Source of the DNA: Naegleria gruberi
Taxonomy: Eukaryota
Assembly (NCBI GenBank): GCA_000004985.1
Contig: GG738847.1
DNA: 64,000 nt
Direction: 5' to 3' (one strand)
Under the pieces are notes generated by a model. The model saw only the letters and a program-made list of their open reading frames with translations. It made no database searches and was not told where the DNA came from. Made by a program: the position numbers and the translations under genes. Below are positions 47,938-58,072 of the stretch, piece after piece (position 1 is the first letter of the stretch; the number at the start of each line of letters is the position of its first letter).

Positions 47938-49248
47938 ATGGGTCAACCAATGAATAGACAATTACAGCACACTGGTTTGATATCAGAAAGTGTAAATGAA
48001 GTATTCGCATCGGAAGATGAAACTCTCTCGGAAAATGTAACAATTTCTGATCAGAATAACCCTCTATTTGTTTTTGATATATTGTCTGAGATTTTCTCAT
48101 ATTTGGATAATTTTACAGTTTATTTGAGATGTGTATTGGTTTGTAAAACTTGGAGATATTGTGCTTGGCATTTGTTGGATGAATTTAATTTTAGATATGA
48201 TGATTTGGATTTGTTATTTTATGGGAAAGAGGGAGAACGAATTGCCAAGCAATTTAATCCTTCTCTTGGAAGATCGGAGGCAGTCCGATTGAATAATACT
48301 CAAATGTTGGAGTACATGTTGAATTTAATTGTGAGAAATGCTAGATATTTGAAAAAGTTTAATGTTGTTGGAGCACAACAGAATGAGGATATTAAAAAGA
48401 TGATCAATGATGAGAGAATTGCACTCTTGATGAGATCTTGCTCTGAAAACTTGGAAATGTTGGATTTATCTTCTTGCGATAATTTGAAAGAGGTTTCGTA
48501 TAGTCAAATACTGAACAAGTGTAGAAAAACTTTGAAATCACTCAAACTCAGATGTAGTTTAAGCATTAGAGATACCTTTGCTAAGGATTATATTTCAACA
48601 CTGGAATCTTTGGAGTATCTCAATCTTTCGAAATGTTGTTACATTGGACTTTATAGTTTAATACCAATTTCTACCAATTGTACGAAATTGAGAGTTTTGG
48701 ATGTGTCTGGATGCACGTCATTTTATGGATTTAGCTTTTTAAGGAATTGTACAGTATTGGAAGAGTTACATGTACAAACAACATATTTTTCCTCAGATGA
48801 TTTCCAATACATTCCAAATTCATTGAAAATTTTGGATGTGCAAAATTGCGAACAAGTGAGAAGGTTGAATCATGTAGCAAACTTGGAACACTTGGAGGAA
48901 ATCAACCTTTCCTACAATAACATTCAACTTGAAGGAGAGTGGAAGAATCACGTTATGAAATGGAAAATTCTAAAGGCAATTTCAGTACCAGTTGGCTGCG
49001 AGTTATTAGACCAAACACCATACTTGAAACATTTAGAAATTGGTTTCCTTGAAGCCTCTGCTAGCATTACAATGCTAAGTGTTCTCAAGAGGTCTCATTC
49101 ATTCACAGAGGAAGATTCAACAGCCAAGCTCAGCACCAATCTGAAACATTTACTCATAACTGATTCACACCTTACTCACTCTTTTGTTGAAGAATTGAAA
49201 TACTATTGTCCTTCAATAGTATTAAAAACTCGACGTTGCAATATCTAG
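47938..49248 (+). CDS. F-box / Cys-containing LRR protein (FBXL-like)
   Basis: F-box (LFVFDILSEIFSYLDNFTVYLRCVLVCKTWRY), then cysteine-containing LRRs (LDLSSCDNLKEVS, LNLSKCCYIGL, LDVSGCTSF). Confidence 0.8.
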   Translation: MGQPMNRQLQHTGLISESVNEVFASEDETLSENVTISDQNNPLFVFDILSEIFSYLDNFTVYLRCVLVCKTWRYCAWHLLDEFNFRYDDLDLLFYGKEGERIAKQFNPSLGRSEAVRLNNTQMLEYMLNLIVRNARYLKKFNVVGAQQNEDIKKMINDERIALLMRSCSENLEMLDLSSCDNLKEVSYSQILNKCRKTLKSLKLRCSLSIRDTFAKDYISTLESLEYLNLSKCCYIGLYSLIPISTNCTKLRVLDVSGCTSFYGFSFLRNCTVLEELHVQTTYFSSDDFQYIPNSLKILDVQNCEQVRRLNHVANLEHLEEINLSYNNIQLEGEWKNHVMKWKILKAISVPVGCELLDQTPYLKHLEIGFLEASASITMLSVLKRSHSFTEEDSTAKLSTNLKHLLITDSHLTHSFVEELKYYCPSIVLKTRRCNI

Positions 49249-49327
49249 TCTTAGACCATTGCCTTTGTTTCATCCATAATAATCATGTTGTGGTTGAAAG
49301 TTCAAGAAGAAAAGTGAAAAGAAAAAA

Positions 49328-50302
49328 ATGAGTGAAGAAGAAATTATTGATTTTGGAGGTGATGACCTTTTCCAAGTCGACCCTTCCTACTACAGGCAAC
49401 CAAAACCAAATCGTGTAGAAATTATTAAAATCGATAATACAGATATTGAAATTAAAGTGAGCATTTTGGGTAAATATTTAATTAGTAGACTTTCGGAAGT
49501 TGAAATTCGATTTTTTTAATTTATTTTTTAATTTATTATTATTTTCATCACATTCATCATCACCATATCATCACAAATATTGTATTGATAAATAATAATA
49601 GGAGAACACAGTTTATGGGGAAATTACTTGTGGAATTCTGCTAGATGTTTATGCCAATACTTTTACGAAAATCCATCCGCCATTCAAGGTAAAACAGTGA
49701 TTGAATTAGGAGCTGCAGGAGGTCTTCCAAGTTTAGCTTGTGGCAAACTCGGAGCCAAGAAGGTTATTATTACCGATATTGATGATGGAGATTTAATTCC
49801 AAATCTCAAGAGGAATGTTGCATTGAATTTTGATGAAGATAACACTGTGATGGAAGTGAGAGGACATGCTTGGGGTGAAAAATTAGAACAAACATTCGGA
49901 AAAGGAGAGGAGAAGGAAACTTTTGATATCATTCTGTTGAGTGACTTGTTGTTCAATCATTTTTGTCATTCTCAATTGTTGGACAGTTGTGAATATTTGT
50001 CACATCCTAATACTTTAATTTATGTCGGATATTCGTAAGTAATTGTTAATTTCAAATAATACTTATTGTATAATATTATTATTAATAATAATTAAATAAT
50101 AATTTTAATAATATTTAGACATCACCGACCTTGGTTGATTAAGGAAGATATGAATTTATTTAAATTGGCCACAGAGAGAGGATTCAAAGTGGAATATGGA
50201 TTCCAGAGGAAGTATCCACCAATGTTTGAAAATGATCCAGGTGATTATGAAGAAAGATCTACTGTTCATGTTCAAATTATGAGACCACCATCACACAATT
50301 AG
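49328..50302 (+). CDS. METTL21/FAM86-type protein-lysine methyltransferase (Methyltransf_16), 3 exons
   Basis: Exons 49328..49469, 49602..50034 and 50119..50302, with phases 1 and 2 consistent. SAM-binding motif: GKTVIELGAAGGLPSLACGKLGAKKVIITD. The preceding LWNSARCLCQYF matches the family's VW.AA..L..Y segment. Confidence 0.8.
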
Positions 50303-50430
50303 CTTAATATCTATTAAATATTTTGATCACATGCTTAATGATAACAAGTGATCTTTTGTGTTAAATTCAAGACAAAACAATCCAAGTTAAATACAATGAA
50401 AAGTATAATAATACACTATATTTATACAAT

Positions 50431-50844
50431 TTAGTTCAAGAGGGAAGCAACAGATGGGTCTTGAGCCAAAGCTTCAGCAACCTTACTGACAGCAGCATTG
50501 ATATTTCTGGCATGGTCCAAAGCACCCCAAACGACAATGGTGGTCTTCTTCAACATATGACCACAGACACAAGTCTTTTGAGTAGAATTGGAGACAAATT
50601 CAGAGTCATCAGCTCTCATACCCATGAATTTAACACCACCCAAAGTGCAAGAAATTGGAGCACCAGCACTAGTCTTAATAGCATTAGCCAAAGTGGCAGC
50701 TTCTTGAGCAGAAACATTCCATTGACCAGCCAAACCCCACATACTTCCATCAGCACCCATCAACAAGACAGCAGAAGCACCAGATTGAGCAAGAGGAGCC
50801 AACAAAGCACCTTGAACCCAAGCAGTCCATGGAAGAGAAGCCAT
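50431..50844 (-). CDS. profilin
   Basis: 137 aa. GADGSMWGLAGQW matches the profilin G.DG.VWA motif, and LGGVKFMGMRADD matches LGG.KYMVIQGE. The coding sequence uses a strongly GC3-rich preferred-codon set. Confidence 0.8.
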   Translation of the reverse strand: MASLPWTAWVQGALLAPLAQSGASAVLLMGADGSMWGLAGQWNVSAQEAATLANAIKTSAGAPISCTLGGVKFMGMRADDSEFVSNSTQKTCVCGHMLKKTTIVVWGALDHARNINAAVSKVAEALAQDPSVASLLN

Positions 50845-51405
50845 TTTTGTATAATAATTAAGGAGGTTGTTTTTTTTAATAAGAAAAAAGTGGTTGAGTG
50901 ATGATGTGGAGCCTTATTACACAACAATCACAAACAACACTCTCACCTCCGCTGCTCTCACACGCACACTGAGAGAGTTTGTGAAGAACAATATGAACGT
51001 TTATTGTCGATTACTGTATCGCTCTTTTATGGCGGGAAACTTGTAGCTTCCTTCAAAATTCGAGCAACTTGATTGGAACCTTAATTGGCTGAAAAGTTTA
51101 CAATGACGAATATGGTGAATATTGTTAACAAGGGTTTCATAATGGTGAAATATTGTATCGTTAAGAGGGTACTTGACTTTGATTTTTTTAACAGTCAAGT
51201 TGACTTTCAGTGTTCTAAGAAATTGTTAACAGTTTACAACAATTTTAATGGATTACAGTATTATCCACTTTCCACATCTTTCTGCAACACTGTATTAATA
51301 CAGAATAAACCAGCCGAACTCGAACGAAATTACTATGAATTTCATTCAATTTCGTCATCTTGTTGACTTTTTAAGAATCCACTTACATTTTTCTATTAAA
51401 AAAAA

Positions 51406-53277
51406 ATGAGCAAACATCTAGAGGGTGAAATTCTCTCACCCTCAACAAGAACATTTTCATCATCACGTGATGATGAACTTGAAACTTTTCATCAACTGCA
51501 GCAACGAATTCTTCATCATCATCATGAGGGGAAGAATATTTCATCATCATCGGCACCTTCGGATCATGAAATTAAAATCAAATTGAATACACGAGATGGA
51601 GGAAATGAGGATGATGCAGATGATGCACAAATTAAATACTTGATACCTCCTAATGAATTAAACATGCAAGGATCCGAATTATTTATGAAGGCTTCACCCA
51701 TGTTGGAGGCAATTAGAATGAAGTTTAGACAAGGAAGGGCTGGGGGAAGAAAAAGATATTGTCTCATGCCCTATGATTTGGATTTGACAATGATTACATC
51801 ACGAATTATTGCAACTTCACTTCCCACTTTGAATTGGTTTGTTGGATATTTTAGAAATGATGCTAGTGTTTTGGCAAAGTTTTTGGAGGAAATGTATGGA
51901 AAGGATCATTATATGATTTATAACTTGTCAGAATTCCGATATGAGAAACAAGTTTTTGATGGAAAGGTTGTTGATTTGAATTTTCCTGATCACTATAATC
52001 CACCATTGGACTTGTTAATGATGGGTTGCAAGAGTATTCAAGATTGGCTTGCAAGAGATGAGAAAAATGTTGCATTAATTCATTGTGCTGGTGGAAAGGG
52101 AAGAACAGGAACATTTATTACTGCCTACTTTTTATATTGGTATGTTTTATTTTACTGTTTTCTTATTCAAATAATAATATGTTTAATATTTTATGTAAAA
52201 TATTTAAACTGTTTAATTTGCATTTCTAATAGTTCACTTTTCCGTGATGCAATGGATGCACTCATGTATTTTGCTCTGATGAGAATGGAAAAACCTGTCA
52301 ACCCATTCTCAGTTTGTCAGAATGGTGGTATTAATTCTCCATCTCAAATCAGATACATTACCTACATTCAACATTTGCTGGAAAATAAGTTTGGATCCAA
52401 ATCTCAACGACACACTACCACTAACCCTCAATCTTACTTGTACAATAATACGATATTCGAGAAGGATAACCTATTCTTGAAAAATCATTGTAACATTCCT
52501 GTAAAACAATGTGTTAAATTGGAAAAAATTGTAATAAGAGAAGCTAGTCAACAAATTGTTGACCATGTAAAAGCCAATACATTCTTGTGTGAAATTTGTG
52601 AATTGAGAATACACAAGTTTGAAGAGACTCATAGCCCAATTAGAAATACTCTAGATATTGAAGATTATGAAGTTAGAAAGGAGATTTTACTAACTTTTGG
52701 TAATGAATTTTGTGAAATTAATGGTAATTTATTGAAATTCAATTTACCGAAATCGGTAGCACTCTCTGGTGATGTCATTATCATTATGAGAATGAAGAAT
52801 CATATCAAAATGAAAGAGTTTGCTAGAATTGGTTTCCACACTGCATTCCTCATTAATAATAGACTCTCCCTTACCAAGCCTGAAATTGATGGTGTTCACA
52901 GAAGAGAGACAGTTGGCTCAGATTTTGGAATGGATTTTTACTTTGAACATTCCAATAATGAAACAATTCAATCCACTACCACTGAATACTCTCTCAATAA
53001 TCTCTACCAGTTACCAGAGCAACCTGCCACGCTCAGTCCTCATCACGTATTTTTATACGATACTGACTTCCACTTCCCTTATCATTCCTATCTCAAAACT
53101 CAGAGTGTTGAGAAAATAGAAACAACAACTATGGAAACTCTCTCCCCATCAGTCATCCACTCTCAACAAGTTGTTCACATCAGACCAATGAAATTCAAAG
53201 TCAAATTGGCACCAACCTTACACGAAATGGATCATGCCAAAGGTAAATTCATTTCACTCACCATAACTCTAGGTTAA
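51406..53277 (+). CDS. PTEN: PTEN-like phosphoinositide 3-phosphatase, 2 exons
   Basis: The phosphatase domain is collinear with PTEN: RKRYCLMPYDLDLTMITSRIIA, HYMIYNLSEFRYEKQVFDGKVVDLNFPDHYNPP and the P-loop IHCAGGKGRTG. A 93-nt GTATGT...TAATAG intron spans 52140..52232. There is an ~110-aa N-terminal extension and a ~280-aa C-terminal region. Confidence 0.9.
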   Translation: MSKHLEGEILSPSTRTFSSSRDDELETFHQLQQRILHHHHEGKNISSSSAPSDHEIKIKLNTRDGGNEDDADDAQIKYLIPPNELNMQGSELFMKASPMLEAIRMKFRQGRAGGRKRYCLMPYDLDLTMITSRIIATSLPTLNWFVGYFRNDASVLAKFLEEMYGKDHYMIYNLSEFRYEKQVFDGKVVDLNFPDHYNPPLDLLMMGCKSIQDWLARDEKNVALIHCAGGKGRTGTFITAYFLYWYVLFYCFLIQIIICLIFYVKYLNCLICISNSSLFRDAMDALMYFALMRMEKPVNPFSVCQNGGINSPSQIRYITYIQHLLENKFGSKSQRHTTTNPQSYLYNNTIFEKDNLFLKNHCNIPVKQCVKLEKIVIREASQQIVDHVKANTFLCEICELRIHKFEETHSPIRNTLDIEDYEVRKEILLTFGNEFCEINGNLLKFNLPKSVALSGDVIIIMRMKNHIKMKEFARIGFHTAFLINNRLSLTKPEIDGVHRRETVGSDFGMDFYFEHSNNETIQSTTTEYSLNNLYQLPEQPATLSPHHVFLYDTDFHFPYHSYLKTQSVEKIETTTMETLSPSVIHSQQVVHIRPMKFKVKLAPTLHEMDHAKGKFISLTITLG

Positions 53278-53381
53278 AACTTACATGTTTGTAAATACGA
53301 GATGATATAATCTCTTGATAATTTATTATAAATTAATTTATTTAACAAATTTCGAATATATTCTTTTCGAAATCTTTTTGC

Positions 53382-54293
53382 TTATACATCGATTGGACCT
53401 TGTTGTACATAACCAATATCTTTCAGACTTCTTTGACTTCCATCAAATGAGGAAATTTCCTCCTCTCTCATCATACTCCATGCATTGTTATTCTTGAGAA
53501 TGACAGAGTATCGACGAAGACTCTTTCTCGTTCTCTTTTCACACAAGGCACAAACAAGGAGAGTGATACACCCCAAAGCACACAAGGAAACAACAATGGT
53601 CACTGACAGAACTATATACAAATAGGAGAAGGGTTCTGTTTTCAGAACACCAAACTCCCCATTCAAATAACTGATTTGCTTAATTTCTAAAGTCTCATTT
53701 CTTGGCTGTTTACACACAACTTGAATATCAATTACCAAATGTTGATCCTTAGTTGACATGAACGAGGTTGAAAAACTCTTGACTGTTAAATTACTTTGAG
53801 GATATTGAGCTTCAATTAATTGTAAAGTTGGTGATACAGATCGTTCATTAATCAAATCATTCATCAATGAATAATCATCACGATTCAGCTCAACACTGGA
53901 ATCCAAATAATGAATATAACCATGAACTCCCAACAAGTAATCCGACGTTGTGTAAGCATACTTTAAAAACCACTGAGCAACCTGTGAAGTACACTTCCTA
54001 CAAAACACTCTTATTATATTATTCCTCAATTTCCTATCGAGTGATTGTGCCACCCCTCCACATGATATTTCAAATTGACGAATGTTGGCTACTAAAGTAC
54101 TTGGATTTAATTCGGTAATGGAGTGAACAGCAATGAGCGTCGAATTGGTAAGGTAGGGAAAACGTATTGATGAAGCAACCAATAATAATTGGGAATTAGA
54201 ATTGTGTGATGTGATCGATAGGGTTGCATTCAATCTCGGAATGATCAATAGCAATATAAGAATTGCCAAATTTAAAATTAAAATGATTTTCAT
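53382..54293 (-). CDS. hypothetical type I membrane protein
   Basis: N-terminal signal peptide (MKIILILNLAILILLLIIP), an N-glycosylation-site-rich ectodomain, and one TM helix near the C-terminus (YLYIVLSVTIVVSLCALGCITLLVCALC) followed by a basic cytoplasmic tail. Confidence 0.6.
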   Translation of the reverse strand: MKIILILNLAILILLLIIPRLNATLSITSHNSNSQLLLVASSIRFPYLTNSTLIAVHSITELNPSTLVANIRQFEISCGGVAQSLDRKLRNNIIRVFCRKCTSQVAQWFLKYAYTTSDYLLGVHGYIHYLDSSVELNRDDYSLMNDLINERSVSPTLQLIEAQYPQSNLTVKSFSTSFMSTKDQHLVIDIQVVCKQPRNETLEIKQISYLNGEFGVLKTEPFSYLYIVLSVTIVVSLCALGCITLLVCALCEKRTRKSLRRYSVILKNNNAWSMMREEEISSFDGSQRSLKDIGYVQQGPIDV

Positions 54294-54720
54294 AATTCAA
54301 ATCTCTATGTAGAATGGGCTTCAATATTCCCTCAATTTTCAGCATATAATATTAAGGAAGTTGTTCTTCACAAAATTTAAAATCTTTGATTTCCCTCTTC
54401 TTGTTGGAGATCTTTTTTTAAGTGGTCTTTGAGCGTAGGAGATTTTCTCAAAGGAATATGAGGAAGAAACAATGGTCCTTAGCATCGCTTTATAATGTCA
54501 ATGCAATTAAATGTTAATGGCTTAAAAATAGTGAGTTTATTACTCCATCAGAGAATTAATTGCAACCCTTCTTCCCAAATTCACCATTCGTAGCAGTAAA
54601 CTCAATTCATCATACTATGCCTTGAGAAAGTACGAAAATCGTTTATCGGAGGCTGCAGGACAATTTGTAATTTGAATAAATATTTAATTTTGTGTTCAAA
54701 AAAAATACGTAAACGACAAA

Positions 54721-54956
54721 ATGATCTACGATATCCATTCTGACTTGTTCTTGAGATTTGTTAGAAACAAGACTAACCGTGCTCACTTGAAGTATGTATA
54801 AAAACATTATGATAGTAATATTTATTCCGTTATATTAAATTCTTCACTATAACTTCATCATGACGTTATTCAATATTAAATAATAATAGGAAGCAAGAAA
54901 AGAGAGAAAAGAAGGAAGCTGGTAAGGCTACTGGCGACAAGATGGAAGACGAATAA
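54721..54956 (+). CDS. small (46-aa) two-exon ORF with preferred-codon usage; function unknown
   Basis: atg..ttg aa|GTATGT...AATAATAG|g aag..taa joins in phase 2. The product is MIYDIHSDLFLRFVRNKTNRAHLKKQEKREKKEAGKATGDKMEDE. Its codons match the highly-expressed set, but there is no family assignment. Confidence 0.35.
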
Positions 54957-55133
54957 ATTGTCTGAACCCCAATAAAACCTACTCCTCCTAAATTATTTAA
55001 ATAATATAAAAACTAATTTTAAAATTAATATCTGATTAACGACTAATATCTACAGTACGTGAAGAGAGTTTTCAACGTAGACATACAACAACAAAATTCC
55101 TTCTTAGTATTCATCGAAAAAGTAACAATCAAT

Positions 55134-56438
55134 TTATTCCTTCTTGGCTTCTGTGGTAGCTGAAGGAACAACTTCCTTCTTTGTTGGCATGGTAAAGGAG
55201 AGTTTACGAACAGAGAGGAATTCCTTGACTTGTTCATCGGTAATCTTCTTTCTTCTCTCTTGATGTTCGGCAACCATCTTTTGCAAGAGGTCAATCAATG
55301 CTCCCTTGACTTGACCAGTCAACATCTTACCAGTTGAGTACTTTTCACGAATATCTTCTAATTGGACATCATCTTCCAAGAAGAATTGCAAATATTGATA
55401 AGGAACGTCAACAGCCAAGTTAGCTCCATACTTTTCTTGGTCTTCCTTGGTGGCACCACCTCCAGAGAAGGCATGTTTGTTAATCTTATCCTTAATTTGC
55501 TTTGGAGTATCTGTCAAGAAGATTGAAGAAGTGTCAGATGAGGATGACATTTTCTTGTTAGCACCTTGCAAAGCAGGGAAGAATTTGGAGTGAATGAGAG
55601 CTGGCTTTTGGAAACCCAATTTTGGAGCAACATCTCTTGTCACTCTAAAGTATGGATCTTGATCAATAGCACATGGAATCAAACACATAATATCATTCTT
55701 TCTCTTTGTCTTCTTTTGCTTCTTTTTATCTTCAGCTGTTTCTGGGAAAATGTGTGGGAATGAAGTATAGAAGGAAGGAGCAGCTTGAATAGCAGGGAAT
55801 GAGAATTTACCAATATTATCGGAATCTTCAAAACCAAAAACACCTTTAACTTGACTACAAGTTACAGACTTTTCAATTTCGAGAACAGTTCTATATAAAT
55901 GTCCCATATAATCCAAATTGGAGAAGATGAAAGTCTTACTCATATCAAAACCACAGGCAATAATATCCTTGGCGTTTTCATAAGTCAAACGATGAGCTTC
56001 TTCCAATTCCAACTTTTTCCACAAGAACTTTTCATCATCGGTCATTTGAACTACCAAAGGAACATCAAAAACATCTTGCAAATATTTAGTAAACATGAAA
56101 GGAATCAAGTGACCCAAGTGCATTGATTCACTGGATGGTCCTCTACCAGTATATAAATAAAAAGGTTTGCCTTGTTCATAGTAATCCAACAATTTGTGCA
56201 TATCACGATGTGAGAAGAAAATTCCTCTCTTCAAAAAGTGGTGGACAGGCTTCTTGGTAACACGTTCAATACGTTCTAACAAATCTTCAGAAATTGCTTG
56301 AGAACCGAATTGATTAATTAATTTACCATAATCGACACCATCATCACCAGCATCAACATCCCAAGGGGTGACTATTTGTTCCTTCTTTTCTTGTTGTTGT
56401 TCAGTGCTTTGTATTGGTTCTTGTGGTTGTTCGGACAT
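55134..56438 (-). CDS. WARS1: tryptophanyl-tRNA synthetase (cytoplasmic type)
   Basis: HIGH-type motif in [18 protein letters not shown] and a KMSSSS (KMSKS) motif. The whole catalytic core is collinear with eukaryotic TrpRS. GC3-rich preferred codons. Confidence 0.9.
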   Translation of the reverse strand: MSEQPQEPIQSTEQQQEKKEQIVTPWDVDAGDDGVDYGKLINQFGSQAISEDLLERIERVTKKPVHHFLKRGIFFSHRDMHKLLDYYEQGKPFYLYTGRGPSSESMHLGHLIPFMFTKYLQDVFDVPLVVQMTDDEKFLWKKLELEEAHRLTYENAKDIIACGFDMSKTFIFSNLDYMGHLYRTVLEIEKSVTCSQVKGVFGFEDSDNIGKFSFPAIQAAPSFYTSFPHIFPETAEDKKKQKKTKRKNDIMCLIPCAIDQDPYFRVTRDVAPKLGFQKPALIHSKFFPALQGANKKMSSSSDTSSIFLTDTPKQIKDKINKHAFSGGGATKEDQEKYGANLAVDVPYQYLQFFLEDDVQLEDIREKYSTGKMLTGQVKGALIDLLQKMVAEHQERRKKITDEQVKEFLSVRKLSFTMPTKKEVVPSATTEAKKE

Positions 56439-56803
56439 TTTTTTGATTTTGAATTTTTAATTATTAATTATTTTTAAATTTTTATTGAAAATATGAGTAA
56501 TGAGAAAATTTAAGAATAGAACGATGATGAAATAATGGCAAAAGGTGCAAATGTAAAAACGAAGGTTTTGTCTTCCTTCAAATCTCGGAGAGGGACGAAT
56601 GAAATTGAACAAGGATTTTGCTTGAATTTCAAAATCTATTTTTATGATCAAAGATGAATTGTTTACAATTACATTGAATCTGAATCCTCACCTCTGTGGA
56701 GTGTTATCATTGAAGCTTTGTTCTTTTGAGTATGGTTTAAGATTCATTTCTGGGCAGAAGGACTTTTTCTAATAAAATTGTTCTGAGAACATCACATATA
56801 ATC

Positions 56804-57952
56804 TTAATCGGAGGATACTTCTTCCTTCATTGCTTGCATTATCCACTGATAAAATTCAATACTGATTGGATCGAGCTTGAGTTTTTCTTGAACCTTCTTG
56901 ATAAAATCTTCATTCATTTCTCTCGAGTGGAGCATACACTCTGACCATGGCTTATTGAGGAAGGTCATGATTGATTTGCACACTTGGAGTGTACATCCAG
57001 CTACTGAGTGGAATGGTAAACATCTGAATAGACCACTGATAGGTGGTTTGGCCAAATAATTAGGAGAAATTCTCAGCACTTTGGCATTTGGATCCCATTC
57101 CACTTTACATTTACAAATTTTACACTTTCTATCAACAATAAGGCAAGAGTAAATATCATTGAGATTGATTCTTGAAACTGAACGTTCTTCTGGAGTTGCT
57201 GATCTGAATTCACCAATTTCCATAATATTTGCATCCAAAGCTGCCACACTGAGCATTGGTGGAATATTCTTATTCAAGTGCTTGAATACATTCAAAATAT
57301 CTGGAATGTTAGAAATTTCAAAAGCGAAAAAGTCTCGTATCATGTCAATATTTCCAAGAGGAAATTCCAGAGGGGCCATCTTTTTCTCAACAATCATTTC
57401 CATCCTATCCAACCACTCCTTTTGTTTTCCTTTAATAAATGCCATATGAGGGTCATACAATATCTTTTTAAGGAAATCAGCAGTTACCTGATGTGACTTG
57501 TTGTGATCTTTAAAGAAGCAATTTACATTAATTTCCGCAGAAAATTTGAAAGCAACTTGTAGAGCATTCATGATGTTTCTACAAAATCTTGGTGCTGTTG
57601 TACTCAAAATAATTTCAACAAAACTTCCAATGGTCATTGATGTATCCTCTGCAACAAATCTTGCAACAAACCAAGGATCAAAATCTGTTGGATCATAAAT
57701 CCAAAACGTTGTATCATCCTTTCTTTCAATATGACTATTGAATGGATTTAATTTGCCAGAGTTTGTAGATGAAGTAGTATCGGATTGTTGAGGTGGTGTT
57801 TTGGAAAACATTTCATTAAACTCTGCCAATGATATATCATAATTTACTCCTTTCTTTCTCTTGAGAGGTGGTATATTCTCTCCATTTTCTCCCTTCTTCG
57901 GAGTGAGGTGGTTTACATCTTCATGACGAGTGATAAAGATTGAACAGGTCAT
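56804..57952 (-). CDS. hypothetical globular protein (382 aa), no recognised domain
   Basis: Clean ATG ORF with mixed composition, a CKICKCK cluster and a conserved-looking core. Confidence 0.65.
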   Translation of the reverse strand: MTCSIFITRHEDVNHLTPKKGENGENIPPLKRKKGVNYDISLAEFNEMFSKTPPQQSDTTSSTNSGKLNPFNSHIERKDDTTFWIYDPTDFDPWFVARFVAEDTSMTIGSFVEIILSTTAPRFCRNIMNALQVAFKFSAEINVNCFFKDHNKSHQVTADFLKKILYDPHMAFIKGKQKEWLDRMEMIVEKKMAPLEFPLGNIDMIRDFFAFEISNIPDILNVFKHLNKNIPPMLSVAALDANIMEIGEFRSATPEERSVSRINLNDIYSCLIVDRKCKICKCKVEWDPNAKVLRISPNYLAKPPISGLFRCLPFHSVAGCTLQVCKSIMTFLNKPWSECMLHSREMNEDFIKKVQEKLKLDPISIEFYQWIMQAMKEEVSSD

Positions 57953-58072
57953 GTTATTTTTTTTTGAAAATCATAATCGTAGATATTTTTGGAGGGAAAC
58001 TAGACAAACATGGAACGTATCTAATTATTTCACATATTGTTGTTGAATTACATGATCATGTAATTTCAAATA

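Noticed and set aside
54721-54956. Small ORF as ribosomal protein L29, TMA7 or SERF
   Set aside because: Only a vague FLRxxR resemblance to L29, and no upstream exon encoding the L29 N-terminus was found. The other candidates do not align.
55043-55294. 83-aa ORF overlapping the 3' end of TrpRS
   Set aside because: It is an alternative-frame overlap of a well-supported gene with AT-rich codon choice.
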